From NCBI GenBank assembly GCA_951406725.2, contig OX597819.1, positions 82,522,001 through 82,586,000 of the forward strand: a stretch of 64,000 nt of DNA, in the 5' to 3' direction. This document shows positions 35,188 through 48,400 of the stretch, piece by piece. The notes under the pieces are model-generated. The model did not search any database and was not told the origin of the DNA. It worked only from the letters and a program-made list of their open reading frames with translations. The stretch's first letter is position 1. Every line of letters begins with the position of its first letter. The position numbers and the translations under genes were made by a program. The DNA is from Octopus vulgaris (Eukaryota).

Positions 35188-37781
35188 TAAACACGCATAC
35201 GCACTCACTCATACCACCCACAGACACAACGTACGCGCACGCGTGCACATACACACACACGCGCGCCAGTGCACACACACACACACACACACAATCTCTC
35301 CTGAAAATAATTGTTCTAATAGCTACTCGAAAATTATCCTTATTCTTCCAAGATCAACTTTGCCGTTCATTCTTTTAAGTACCAATCCATTTCGGAAATC
35401 GATATCCCCGTCAATACTATCTCCGAAAATGTTTGGTCTTGTCTGTATCATTTAGTTTGCTGCTATCAGCAGTTGCTTCCCTTAGATTTTCTTGCTGGGA
35501 GTAATTTAATGTATGGTTAATTCCATTTGCATTGATACACGTCTAATTTCGTAGTCATCATTGCCAAACACGAGCTTCATACTCTCAATGATCGTCATCA
35601 GCAGCAACAACTGAAGCAATCGATTATCCAATCAATCAATCAATCAATCAATCGAAACTCAGAACTTTAAAATTTCTAAAAACAAAAACAAAAATGATAA
35701 AAGTGTAATTCTATTGATCTATTTTAAAGATTGCATTGATAATATTTTACAGACTTCTAAGTAGCCTTAATGGTTATATCAAAAGAATTGCTATAGTTTT
35801 CTTCTATGCAAAGCGAACATTTATTCAATTCTAGGGATTTATATTTTAGTATCAATTTTTACTGTGCAACTATATTTGGAAATCACTTATCACATTTAAT
35901 TTTTCAAAATCATCAGATATTTCGTTTGAAAAGTATTCCCACTTACTAAACAGAATTGAGACATTTTTCCTTTTTCTTTCTTTTTTTTTTTGTTATTTTT
36001 GTGTGTGTGGTGTGATAGCAATAACAGTTTTATACAATTGCAACGCAGAGTTTGATCAAGCAGGAGATATTTAGTGTATGTAATAAGTGAAAAATATCAT
36101 TTTGCGTAATATCTTTTGGAAAAAACAAGGATGAGAATAAACATAGAATGAAGTCAATCTTTCAAATCTAATTCAGTCTTTCTGCACTTTGCAAAGATAG
36201 AAATGAGATAGTTTGCTTCATTTTACTGAAATTCACTTTGAGGTATCTTAGTTTAAAAGAAACTTCCATTTTAAAACATGCGAACTGCATTCTGCTGAAA
36301 TACAAATGTGAGTAGCTATGAAATTAGGCTTCTCAAAGTTTATCTATTTTTCTAATGCTTCTGGAGTCTAAATTTCTGATGTTGATATGATTTATATCTA
36401 CTGAGACAAGTAGTTAATGCAAAGTTTTTAATGTAAATTTGAGAATGGAGAAATCTGTGAACAGTTCTAAAGTTGTGATATATTAAAGTTAGCTGAATAT
36501 GATACTCTTAATACTGCCTTCCAGTGACCAGGAACTAGTAAAATTATAATATGGCAAATGTATTGAATACATGTCAGATAAAGTGGGGATAATCTACTTA
36601 TGTTTTGTAGGAGGCTGTTAAGTTGTTAAAAGAATTAAGCAATGTGATTGTGGTTACAGTTTTAGTGTTCAGAACTGGAGCTATGGTTGTAATGACAGAA
36701 GAGACAAAAAGAAAAGATGACAAAAGTAAGAGAGTACTTTTTGATGTTCCTTTATGGAAGAATGTCATTGATGAAATCATAAACGATTAGACAAATAACC
36801 TTACTTCAAAAAAAAAAAAATGATAACTTCACAGCAGTAAGACAGTTTTGCTGCTTGTATCTTTATCAGTAATTGATTTCTAAAATAACCACAAGGTTTT
36901 AGATAGAGGAGATAGCTGTAGCCAATTGGATCAGCCATTGTACTCAGCTAGTACTTATTTTATTGATCCCAGAAAGATGAAAGACAAAATCAGTTGTGAT
37001 GCTTTTGAACTTAAAATTTCAAAGTACATAATATTACAAACCATCGACATTTGCCTCCTTCCATCCCAACCCCTTAAGGAGATACCAGTCTGTTACAGTG
37101 TTAACTACACAGATATTGCTTGAACTCATTTACAGTTAAGTGAACTGGACAATGTAAAATAAAGCATTTTGCTCAAAAACACAGCCCATTGCCCAGCCCA
37201 GAAATTAAAACTACAATCTTACAACCATGAGAGCAACACCCAAACAATTCAACCACATGCTTCACTGCTGCCGTTGGGTTGTATGAATATGTTTTGGCTA
37301 GTATTTTTAGATCTGTCAGCAAAGTCAACTTTTATAGTTTTATTATCTGAGTTAAACATTTCTAGTTGTTTTATAAAGTTTAATTTGATTATCTCATCTT
37401 AAGTTATCATTAAGTTATCATATATCTTGTGTGGCTTTTTCAATATTTAGCCATACTTTTTCATACTGAATCTACTCAGAGTACACACCAGTCATCTCTG
37501 TAAGCCAGTATAACCATCTCTCTTGTTTACAGTGATTCTTCTAGAGTCATATAGATTCATTGGGCTGGATTCCTGGTTTTCATGGTACATTTATTACTCC
37601 CTGGATGGGACACGATTCCGTCACAGGATTACTTATTTTTGCCAGTTGAGTGGACTGGAGCAATAGTGCTCAAGAACACAATGTGTCACCCTGTCCAGAA
37701 ATCAAAACCACAATCTTATGATCATGAGTCCAACACCCTAACCACTAAGGCAGCTCCAACACACACAATCACACACACACA

Positions 37782-37830
<49 letters not shown>

Positions 37831-38154
37831 TCTCTTGCTCATTGCAATCAATGATTATTTGCATTCAACAAGTTCCCTAGATAAATTATTTAAACTTATT
37901 CTATCTACATTTTTACCCCTGCTCTACTGCATACAATTAGAACACCTTATTGTTTGTTTGGTGCCTCCAGTTATCCAGTAAAGCAGTCTTTAGTTTCCCA
38001 GTGCTTCATTGTTGATGCAATTAGTCACATAATAGAGCCTGCTACTCTTAAGTTGTTCAGTCTTAGGAAACCCTATTTCTAATTCTATTGCATCTTTTAT
38101 TCAGTCATTGATTTGTAGTTTGTATTGAATTTTCATTTATATTAAAACATTTCT

Positions 38155-38530
38155 ATGTGGCAAGAAGTTTGCTTCCCAACCACATGGTTTTGGGTTCAGT
38201 TTTTCTACATGGCATCTTGGGCAATTGTCTCCAACTATAGCCCCGAGATGACCAAATTCCTGAGAGTAGATTTAGTAGATGAAAACTGAAAGAAGACCAC
38301 TGTGTGGTTGTGTGTCACTTTATCTTTGTGTCTGAGCTCTGCAGCACTTGACAATCAATGTTGATGTGTTTATGTCCCTGTAACCTAGTGGTTTAGTGAA
38401 ATAGATCAATAAAATGAATATCAGACTTTAAATAATAGGCACTGTGATTGATTCATTTCACTAAAGCCCTTCAAAGCAGTGCCCCAGCATTACCACAGTT
38501 CAATGAGTGAAACAAAAGATCAAAGATAAG
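38155..38530 (+). mobile_element. SINE family A copy (older)
   Basis: Colinear with the 29515 copy, with many CpG-type substitutions. Confidence 0.75.
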
Positions 38531-39486
38531 ATGGCAGTTGACTTGTTTGTGTCTAGCTCCTGAATCACATATCAGCTCCCTTTGATTTATTCATGTTTAA
38601 CTTCAGACACTTTCACTTGAGCTATATCACCAATGTTTCAATAGATTCTGTTGTATTTGTTATTAATCTACAGTAAGATTGTTAATCATAACTGTCAAGC
38701 ACAATGTATCTACATAAACATCTGTTGATACTGCAAGGAACAAATCCAAAGTAGCTAGCTAACATTATTTAGAAGTAAACTTGTTTTCATTATTTTTACT
38801 TTAAGAAAATGTATTATATAAATATATCTTTTATCTTTCGTTGAAGCATATAGCTTAATGGTTAGGGTGCTGGACTCATGATCATGAGATTGCAGTTTTG
38901 ATGAGTTGTGTTCTTGAGCAGAACACTTCATTTCACATTACTCCAGTCCACTCAGCTGGTAAAAATGAGTAAACCTACAACAGAACAGTGCCGCATGTAG
39001 GGAGGAATATATGCACCAGAGAAATCAGGAAACTGGCCCTAAGCTCCTTATAGAGTAATGTAGACTAAACATTTTAATCTTTTATTTGTTTCAGTCATTA
39101 GACTGTGGCCATACTGGGGCACCAACTTGAAGGGTCTTATCGAACAAATCAACCCCAGCACAGATGGTAATGTGCTGAGCAATAATTAATTTTATTGGTT
39201 AATGACTGAGTTCAAATCCTGCCAGTCAACTTCAGCATTGCATTTTATCTCACAACTGGTCTGTAGAAAATACAGTATTCAGTTCAATAGACTACAGCTG
39301 CTCCAACAATCATCTGTGTATGTGGGTGTGTATGTATGTTGATACAAATTATGTTATGCAATAGAAATTTATACAGGGCCAAGGAATCAGCAACAGACCA
39401 TGGTATGCCAAAACTTGAGAGTGACATAGTGAGCAGAGATGGAAATAACAACAGGACTGTTTATTTCAGATATAAGGGGGTTTATA

Positions 39487-39765
39487 TCATCATCATCATC
39501 GTTTAACATCCGCTTTCCATGCTACATGAGTCGGACGATTTGACTGAGGTCTGGCGAACCAGATGGCTGCACCAGACTCCAGTCTGATCTGGCAGGGTCT
39601 CTACAGCTGGATGCCCATCCTAATGCCAACAACTCCGAGAGTGTAGTGGGTGCTTTTACGTGCCACCAGCATGAGGGCCAGTCAGGCAGTACTGGTAACG
39701 ACCACGCTCAAATGGTGCTTTTTATGTGCCACCTGCACAGGACCCAGTCCAGCGGCACTGGCAGT
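39487..39765 (-). mobile_element. RTE LINE 3'-end fragment
   Basis: catcatcatcgtttaacatccgctttccatgcta...; closely similar to the copies at 5003-5270 and 50783-51090. Confidence 0.75.
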
Positions 39766-40031
39766 TGTTGGCAAGCAGTTTAGAGTTTAGGAGATCACTG
39801 GATGAGTTCATATTATCGCCCAACTTCTTGACAGCTATTCATGTGCTGATTTGCTCTGTTTACCATTCCATTGCTGTCACCATATATATATATATATAAT
39901 GTAGTGTACACTGCAATGTTATTATCAGTTCAAATATGTTTGATGCATGTTTGAACTGAGTAACAAGCTACCCACTGCGTTTTGTCATGGAAAATATATC
40001 TCACTTGTAGACAAATTAGATTTGGTAGATG

Positions 40032-40265
40032 AATACAGTGCACAGTTCTGTGATGGTAAGATCAACAAAAAGAGTATTCTATCTGGTAAGAGATAAATAT
40101 TATTTAATAAACACAATATATGTTTTTACATGCTACTATTAGTTTCATGCAATGAAATCATGCCAGACAGTTAAGGCACCAGATGTGTCAAAATTACTGT
40201 CTGGTATGCTTTTATCACTTGAAATTAATAGTAGCTCATAACAACATATATAATGTTTATTAAAT

Positions 40266-40270
<5 letters not shown>
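40032..40270. repeat. Dispersed hairpin repeat, second copy inverted at 61295-61535
   Basis: gttctgtgatggtaagatcaacaaaaa...gagataaatattatttaata is the reverse complement of 61460-61525. Both copies have tattagtttcatgcaatgaa ... gaaa(c/t)taatagtagctcata fold-back arms. Confidence 0.65.
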
Positions 40271-40312
<42 letters not shown>

Positions 40313-40529
40313 GAGTGTGTGGAGTTCCATTACTTAATAAATGAAAAACATGTAGTAAATGCACAAACGAAAAACAGACACTGATGGTAAGTTAAAAACT
40401 GTGTATTAAATGCACAGATGAATGGAAAACTTATCTTAAATGCACAGACAAATGGAAAACAGACACTGAAGGTCCCTAATTCCTCATCAGGACTTTATTA
40501 CATTTTTCTGTACCAAATCATTAGTAGAT

Positions 40530-40566
<37 letters not shown>

Positions 40567-40567
40567 A

Positions 40568-40680
<113 letters not shown>

Positions 40681-40902
40681 ATTCAAAAATAGGATAAAAT
40701 CTTTATAAGAATTTATCAAGTAGTTAGCGTGAAAAACCTCATAAGAGAAAAATCCATAAATTTTTCTCTTAAATATATTTATTTATATTGAGAGTTGCAT
40801 TCCCTCACATTTGGTACTACGTGTTTATTTATTTTGGTAGTTTTGACTTTAAGAGTCCCTCCTCAATGCCCTCAATATAAATATATATATATATATATAA
40901 TA

Positions 40903-41335
40903 TTTGTAAACAAACTTGAAAGATTTGTAAGTTACGGTAAAAAAAGCAACAATAAGAGTCTTTTATATAATAACAACTATATAATAATATATCATAATAA
41001 TAACATATATACTCTGATTTAAAGCAACATTTATCTAACTGATTGACTGAAAAATGATGAACAAACCCGGGCCAGAGTCAAACCCACAAGTCAATGCTTA
41101 TATGGCTCCTTGCACATCTGATTGGGCCAACACACTCACCCATGATATTCATCCAAATTATATGTATAGATACATAACTGTCTATTACTACAAATAATGT
41201 TTATAAACAAACCCGAAGGCTTTGTAAGTTATGTTAAAAAAGTGACTATGAAAGTCTTTTATACAATAATAACTATATAACTATATATCACAATAATAAT
41301 ATATGTACTCCGATTTAAAGCAACATTTATCTAAA

Positions 41336-41339
<4 letters not shown>
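40903..41339. repeat. Direct repeat pair (about 140 bp) between (TA)n tracts
   Basis: 40903-41043 and 41200-41339 share taaacaaac..gaa.g.tttgtaagtta...gatttaaagcaacatttatctaa.tgat. Confidence 0.75.
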
Positions 41340-41393
<54 letters not shown>

Positions 41394-44300
41394 ACTTCAG
41401 TCTACTTGAGTAATAAAGGTAGAATGAGGTATTTTTGCCTCTTGGCTGAAAGATCTGTAAGTTATTTTCCCAATTTATATTCATGTATGTTATATTGTAA
41501 TAATTACTGGTATCCTTATATATTAATATATTTTATGTCTTATATGTAAAGCATAATACGTTATACATGTATGTATATTCTTGTAATTGTCAGTTTAGTA
41601 AATAAATAAATAAGTTAACATAATATAATGTCTAAATGGTGATCCCCTCCATTTTCCTATATATATATACACATAGAGATATTTACAGATATATACATTG
41701 CTTAGGTGCTTCAGTCAGAAATTGATGATGTTGCCAATACCAAGATTTTTCCAGTTGATTGCAGTTTTTAATGTGTTGGGAAGTTCTGTACCAGATATAG
41801 TGCACCTTGCTTGCAGTGCACTTGTAGACACATACATATATTATTTCTTTAAGTATATGTTTTTCCATTTTCCCTTTTGAGCATTTCTGCTTTCTCATTA
41901 CTGTGCTAAATGATTTGTTGAATATTTCTTCTTGGTATGCTTGTGTTACTGTTAACGGTGTTGTCTGTCTGCCTGTCTCTCTCTCTCTTTCTTTCTTTCC
42001 ATATATATATCTGCTAATGTCTCAGTAAAAATTTTTGATTCAAATACCATGTTCTTCTGAAAGAAATATTCCCTTTTTCAAAGTGTTAATGTTGCATTAT
42101 TTTGTTGATATGATTTGTTTAGCCTTTTCTTTTACTTCCAGAGTTTTTTTTAATATTTGTATATATATATTTTTTGTAAATGAAGTTCTATTTTTCTTTT
42201 CTTTTTTAAACTGGATCTCTTCTTATCCATTTTATTAAGTATAGTTAGGAAAATTTTTTCAGATTTATATAATGTTTTTTATTGAATTTTTGGAGTGGGG
42301 TTTTGTTTAGGTGTATCTTACTCTGTTAAGGTCAAACCTTGTTTCCTTAAATACCAACACTGCTATCAAACAGTTTGGTTTTATTTGGATAATTTTTGAT
42401 TGGATAGCTGTAAAAACCCTGTCAAACAGTCCTCATCAGTACTGGTGCCAGATAAAAAGCACCCAGTCTACTCTGTAAAGTGATTGGTGTTAGGAAGGGC
42501 ATCAAGCCATAAAATCCATGCTAAAACAGACAGTTAAGCCTGGTACTCTCCTCTGGTCTGCTAGCTCCTGTCAAACCTTCCAACCCTTACCAGCATGGAA
42601 GATGGACGTTAAATGATGATGAGTTTGTTTCCTTGAACAGAATTTCTTTCAGGATCTCATTACATTTGTCGGTACCAAATCATCAGCTGATAGCTGCCTC
42701 TGCATTCTTTAAAGGGTTTGTAGTAGATATAAGCAATGATGACCAAAGAACAAGTCTCTAAGTAGCTTTTACTGGAACATTTTCATACTGGAGATTATGA
42801 GTGATTTCCTAAACACCTTGACCTGTTCAGAATAAGTTCTACAAATATGACCGTGCTGGCATTTCCAGCAATTAAACCCATAGATTAGCAGCAGGTGGCA
42901 AAACCATCCACTTGTTCAGTGCTTTTGCACTGCTGAAGAACAAGTATATGTCAAACAAGCTAAGCTATTATCAAATGTGCGACAGAATCAGCTGTCAGTC
43001 TAGTCTGTTGTAAAGGTTGATGCACTGCTTTCCTTTAGCAAAGAAGAGTGAATTGTTTTTTTACTGTCTTGAGACTGTGGCAAAGTAAACTGTATGGTAG
43101 ATGTGGTTGAAAAGTTTGAGAACATTTTTCTTCGGAGACCAAGCCCTAATCAACATTCTTTAAGTACTGCTTGCAGAGAGAGGTAAAGAAATAGAGGAAG
43201 GTGCTGGTCTTCAGTAAATTTTAAGAAAAGCAGTTAAGTGCGGTAAAAATAGTGTAGCTGAACAAGCCTACACTATATAGTTGCAAGACAGCAACAAAAT
43301 CTGAGAGAAAGCACTTCTTGATGTACCCGGGAAGTCAGTGCCTTCTTAAGTCATGGGTGGTTGTCCAGGGCCCTTTGGGTTTAGAGGTCCATGCTAATCT
43401 ACATATGATGTAGTTATGTGTATGGGGAGCCTCAGTACATTGCTTAGCCCAGTGACTTACAATGCTGTTATTTATTATTTATATATTTATGTCTTTACTG
43501 TTTTGTTGGTCTTAGCCATTCATTATAAATACAGCATTGTTTATCATTTCTTGTTTTCTTTTGTATTTCTTGATATTGTCTACATTTTGGACTTTTGTGG
43601 GTAACAAAATAAACCATCATCTTCTTCATGATTATCATCATTATTATTGTTGTAGCCGTTGTTAGCTTTTATTCTTCCAAATGAATTATTCATTTCGTTT
43701 GTTTTTTGTTTTTTTATTCAAATTTATGAAATAATTACATTTTTTAATTGCTTCTAATGTTAAATGAATGCAAAGATCATATAAAATATGGATATGTGCA
43801 TCTGAGCATTTATGTGTATCATTTTTATATGAATACAAGATATGAAATATAGTCATAACATTTCTTGCTTCCTTAAAACTTTTTAGCTTTCCCCATGGTG
43901 CAGAATAAACATCATTCAGAAACAGGAAAGGGTATGTTCCTGGTTTTATCATTGTCATGATATTTCGTTGGTGTTTTCAATTTTGTTTTAACAGACACAC
44001 ATGCATATACACATGTATATCATATATCAAACATACATACAATATAAAAGGGACGCAGAAAATGTAGCCAGACTTTTTTTGTTCAATAGACTCTACACAT
44101 GTCTCAGTATGCCAACTGCCATTAATTACATATGCCAGTAGATACTATTACACAGCATAATGCAAGCCAGCTTACTTCCTCAGGATTATTATCAAAAATG
44201 CAATGCAAAAACTAGATTTATGCATGTGGGCATGTGTGGTAATGCTGTTATCTTGCCTTCATCTATATTTTAAAGCAGTTTCAAATTGAATAACATTTAT

Positions 44301-44414
44301 GTCATCTGTCAGACTTGTTCTTTTTTTTTGCTTTTTTTTGGTTGAGTCATAAATCAGTGAATTATTATTTATTGTTATAAAATTATTGTTTTGTCTTTTA
44401 TTTGTTGTTATAAA

Positions 44415-45005
44415 AGGCAATAAGATGACAAATTGTTAGCATGTCAGATAAAATGCTAAGTGACATTTCATTTTTCTATATGTTCTGAGTTCAAATTCTG
44501 CTGAGTACCAGTTGAGCACTGGAGTTGATGTAATTAACTTACCCATTCCTCTGAAAATACTTACCTTGTTCCAAAGTGGTGGCAAGTTGATGGAATTGTT
44601 AGCATGCAGGGCAAAATGCTTAGGGGCATTTCATTTGTCTCTACATCCAGAGTCCAAATTTTACTGAGGCCAACTTTGCTTTTCATTCTCCCAGGATCAA
44701 TAAAATAAATACCAGTTGAGCACTGGGGTCAACTAAGCCCCTCACTGTGAACTCACTGGCCTTGTGCCAAAACACGAAACCATTATTCTTACTAATTAAG
44801 GCAGTGAACTGGCAGAATCATTAGCACACCAGGCAAAAGGCTTCGCAGCATTTCATCCATCTTTATGTTCTGAGTTCAAATTCCACTAAGTACCATTTGA
44901 ACACTGGGGTCGATGTAATTGACTCATCACATCGATTAATCACTTCCCCTAAAATTGCTGTCCTTGAGGTAAACTTTGAAATTATTATTATTATTATTAC
45001 TATTT
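44415..45005 (+). mobile_element. Three tandem copies of tRNA-derived SINE family C
   Basis: The unit ggcag.gaactggcagaatc.ttagca...aaatgctt...ttctgagttcaaatt...agtaccagttgagcactggggtc is repeated at about 44415, 44578 and 44800. The last copy ends in (ATT)n. Confidence 0.75.
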
Positions 45006-45716
45006 TCTATAATAACCTGACTGTACTTACTTGCATACTGGTATTTATCAGGACCTGCATCTGTTTTTTTTTTCTTTCATGTTGTATTTTTACTAATAAT
45101 GCTGATGAAATGAGCTGCCTGCATTGTGTGATATAAAAGGTCCTACAGGCATACATAATTAATGGTAGTTGGTTTACTGAAAAGCATATAAAATTGTATA
45201 AAGCATAATACACTGGTTACATTTTCTGTGTACCTTTTACATACATACACACATACATACATACATTTATGTATAAACATACACATATACCATCATTGTT
45301 GTCATTTTGACACTCAGTTTTGCATGCATTCCTCGATTGGTTGGAGATTATTGAGACAGCCATATTTTTGCAGAATATTTCTTATCCTGACTTTACATGA
45401 TGGTTGCAAGTGGGTATTTTTGCCACACAAGGCGTGTCATTCATTTCCAGTCTTCTATGAAAAATATATCTGGCAAGGAGGAAATATTACCCTACTTGGA
45501 AGGTTGATGGCAGGAAAGGCATCCAGCCATAGAAAACTTGCTTCAACAAATTCCATCAGACCTTTTCAAGCAGAGAAAAGTGAACATTAAAATGAATATA
45601 TATATTATATTATATCATATTATATCATATGTACATGTGTATGTATGTATATATATATATATATAAATAAATATCTATATATATTATATACATGTTTATG
45701 TATGTTATACATATGG

Positions 45717-45782
<66 letters not shown>

Positions 45783-45846
45783 TATAGATATATAGATATA
45801 TATAGATATATATATATATATACACATATATATATTTATATATATA

Positions 45847-46090
45847 TCAGGTCACCCCATAAGTTCTGTCCAAATTTTGAATAAAGAAAACAAGTGATTA
45901 GAATGTTATATTTAATTGAAATTTAATCATCAACGTACTTTCCCTGATTATCTATGACTTCAATTAAATGGAGTCGCATGAAACGATCGTACTGCATTAC
46001 CTCTGGATATCCTTGTTGCTTATTTTGATTTTAATCACCTTATTTTGAAATTGTATGGATAATACCGTACTAAATTCTAGTGCCTCAACT
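45847..46090 (-). mobile_element. mariner right-end fragment
   Basis: TA|TCAGGTCACCCCATAAGTTCTGTCC TIR. The minus strand encodes EVIDNQGKYVDD*, the typical mariner C-terminus. Confidence 0.65.
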
Positions 46091-46219
46091 TAAGTACCAT
46101 ATTCATCTGAATTTAAATTTTTACTGAACTCATCTACCATTGATAGATAGATAGATTATATTACATACATATACATATGTGTATGTATGTATGTATATAT
46201 ATCTATTTCTATCTATCTA

Positions 46220-46270
<51 letters not shown>

Positions 46271-47094
46271 ACACTCACGCATACAGAAAGAAATGCACTC
46301 ACACATTCTCATATATTGCATGTCATGTTGTCTGTTACTACACTCACATTGTTTTAGCTCTGTAATTTAGCCATTCTGCTGCATGTATTTTTTATGCTTC
46401 TGTTGCTGAATATTTTCTCTTGAATGTAGTGTTATCATATTAGTCAGGTGTTATCTTTATTCTATCTAGTATTGATTTTAAACAGAAATATAGTGATTTT
46501 CCAATTAGCATATTTTCTGTTGTTTCATGAGCATTCTATTTTGAAGCAGACTCTTATCAAACCTATGGTTAAAAATTTGGCAATCTCTCCTAGCAAAATG
46601 ATGCATAATAGAATAGGTTTGTAAGATTTTGTTTGAATATCTATAGTTTGACTACAACAGATTACCTCTTCAGGTATGGCATATTGCAAATTGACTGCAG
46701 ATAGGCTATTTGAAATATACAGTTTCTTAATGTAGTTTAATGTATTTGTTTGCAGCCCAAGGAAAGAGCTTTTAAAATTACATTTATAATATTCTAACTC
46801 ATTACAAATAATGATTCATATACATTGCAGTCGACTACTAAATCTTGGAAATACAGAGGCAATTTGAATTCATATAAGTACTCTGTTAAAACATTAAATA
46901 TCTTTTTACATGTAAAATACCAACAGAAATAAACCTGAAGGACTTCATATGGAAACTACTCAATTTGTAAATATTTCATGTTTTTTATAATTTTCTCTCA
47001 AAAAATGAACTATATATATGCAAACAGCAGTGTCAACAGTAACATTATATTATTATTATTATTATTATTATTACTATTATTATTATTATTCTTT

Positions 47095-47331
47095 AAGGTG
47101 GTTTGCTGGCATAATCGTTAGCACACTGGATGGAATGCTTAGTGGTATTTCACCCATCACTATGTTCAGAGTTCAAATTCTGCCGAGATCGACTTTGCCT
47201 TTCATCCTTTCTGAGTTGATCAATTAAGAACCAGTGAAACACTGGGGTCAATGTAATCAATTAGTCCCCTACCCCACAATTTCAGGCCTTGTGCCTACAG
47301 TCGAATAGATTATTACTATTATTATTACTAT
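47095..47331 (+). mobile_element. SINE family C copy between (ATT)n tracts
   Basis: gctggcataatcgttagcac...gagttcaaattctgccgagatcgactttgcctttcatcc...caggccttgtgcc followed by (ATT)n. Confidence 0.75.
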
Positions 47332-47557
47332 TTTGGTTTGGCTCAGGTTTAGTCTTATTCCTGGTAGGGTTTATGTGGATAGCAGATTACTACCTGTAAC
47401 CTTAGGTATCCACAAGTTTTCAGCTGCCTTTCAAGTGTTTAAAACCCTCCTGATAATTCTTGCTGTTCCTAAGAGACAAGCTTTCTGTCGGATCTCTGCT
47501 GGGCATTTTGTTCCTATCTCCTTCAGCCATTTGTCTATATTTTTGCTTACTGTTACT
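47332..47557 (-). mobile_element. 3' end of an R4/Dong-like non-LTR retrotransposon
   Basis: Minus-strand translation VTVSKNIDKWLKEIGTKCPAEIRQKACLLGTARIIRRVLNT* matches the QKAxLLGTARIxRxVL C-terminus of R4/Dong. A short 3' UTR runs into (TAA)n. Confidence 0.75.
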
Positions 47558-47939
47558 TAAAGCAAAATTTTTGGAAAATAGTTAAGCTTCAAGCAGCAGT
47601 TACAACTACCTTCATATGCTGTGCCTTATTACAGGCTATTTGTAATTTTAGATGAATAAGATGATAGCCTTGTAGCAGAAACAATAAAGCCTTAGTGTGT
47701 TTACTGCTTTCTTCCCCTTTCATGTTCAAATGTTCAGATCCATTCAAAGTTGGTTTTGTATCTTATGCTCAACTTAATGTTGGTGGAATATGTACAATGT
47801 ATATGTACTATATCATTTAATTATCTATTAATCTCTAGTCCTATTTAATAAAACCACTCCCTTTACCTACTGACCATCAGAGCAGTTTCCAAATCTATCA
47901 GAAGTCACAAACAGGTGATGTCTTACCATTAAAAACTTA

Positions 47940-48400
47940 AGCATAAGTGATATTATTGACTTTGATGTAAGAAAAACTTTGATTATATTTGATATAAGAT
48001 CTGCCAAGTATTCCAAGTGAAGTTACCCACCTATGGACTCTATCCATTTTCCATTCCATTTATTAAATATTACAGTCACATCTCTCCATAGCAATATGTC
48101 TTCTATCCCAAAATTTATCAACCATGGTGTACTTCAAGGTTTTGTTATCTCACACATGTATTATTTCTTCTGTAGATTTTCAATCTTCTCATCGTCTTTG
48201 CTAAGCACGAAGATTCTTAAGCAGAAACCACCCTTCAATTCACTTTAACTTATTGCATACAGATATCATTTACATACAATCTAGATACTTCTTGCCAGAC
48301 TTGCACAGTTTCTAACCTACATGATTTAAAGTTACACATCAATTTCAACCTAAGCAATCCTGGTGTATCTGCAAAAGTTTTCTTTGTTTTTTCAATAACA
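47940..48400 (+). pseudogene. Degenerate APE-type LINE reverse transcriptase fragment (CR1/Jockey-like)
   Basis: FDVRKTLI (cf. LDISKAFD), KLPTYGL and FINHGVLQGFVIS (cf. INxGVPQGSVLS) occur in the expected order. Confidence 0.5.

Noticed and set aside
36609-36790. 59-codon open frame after a ttttgtag acceptor-like site
   Set aside because: No recognisable domain, and this length is expected by chance; not called as an exon.
40470-40495. Minus-strand gtcCTGATGAgg...ggac partial hammerhead
   Set aside because: The GAAA/stem III half is missing; at most a deleted relic.
42620-43350. Possible old LINE remnant on the minus strand
   Set aside because: The composition is suggestive, but no ordered protein motifs could be recovered by eye.
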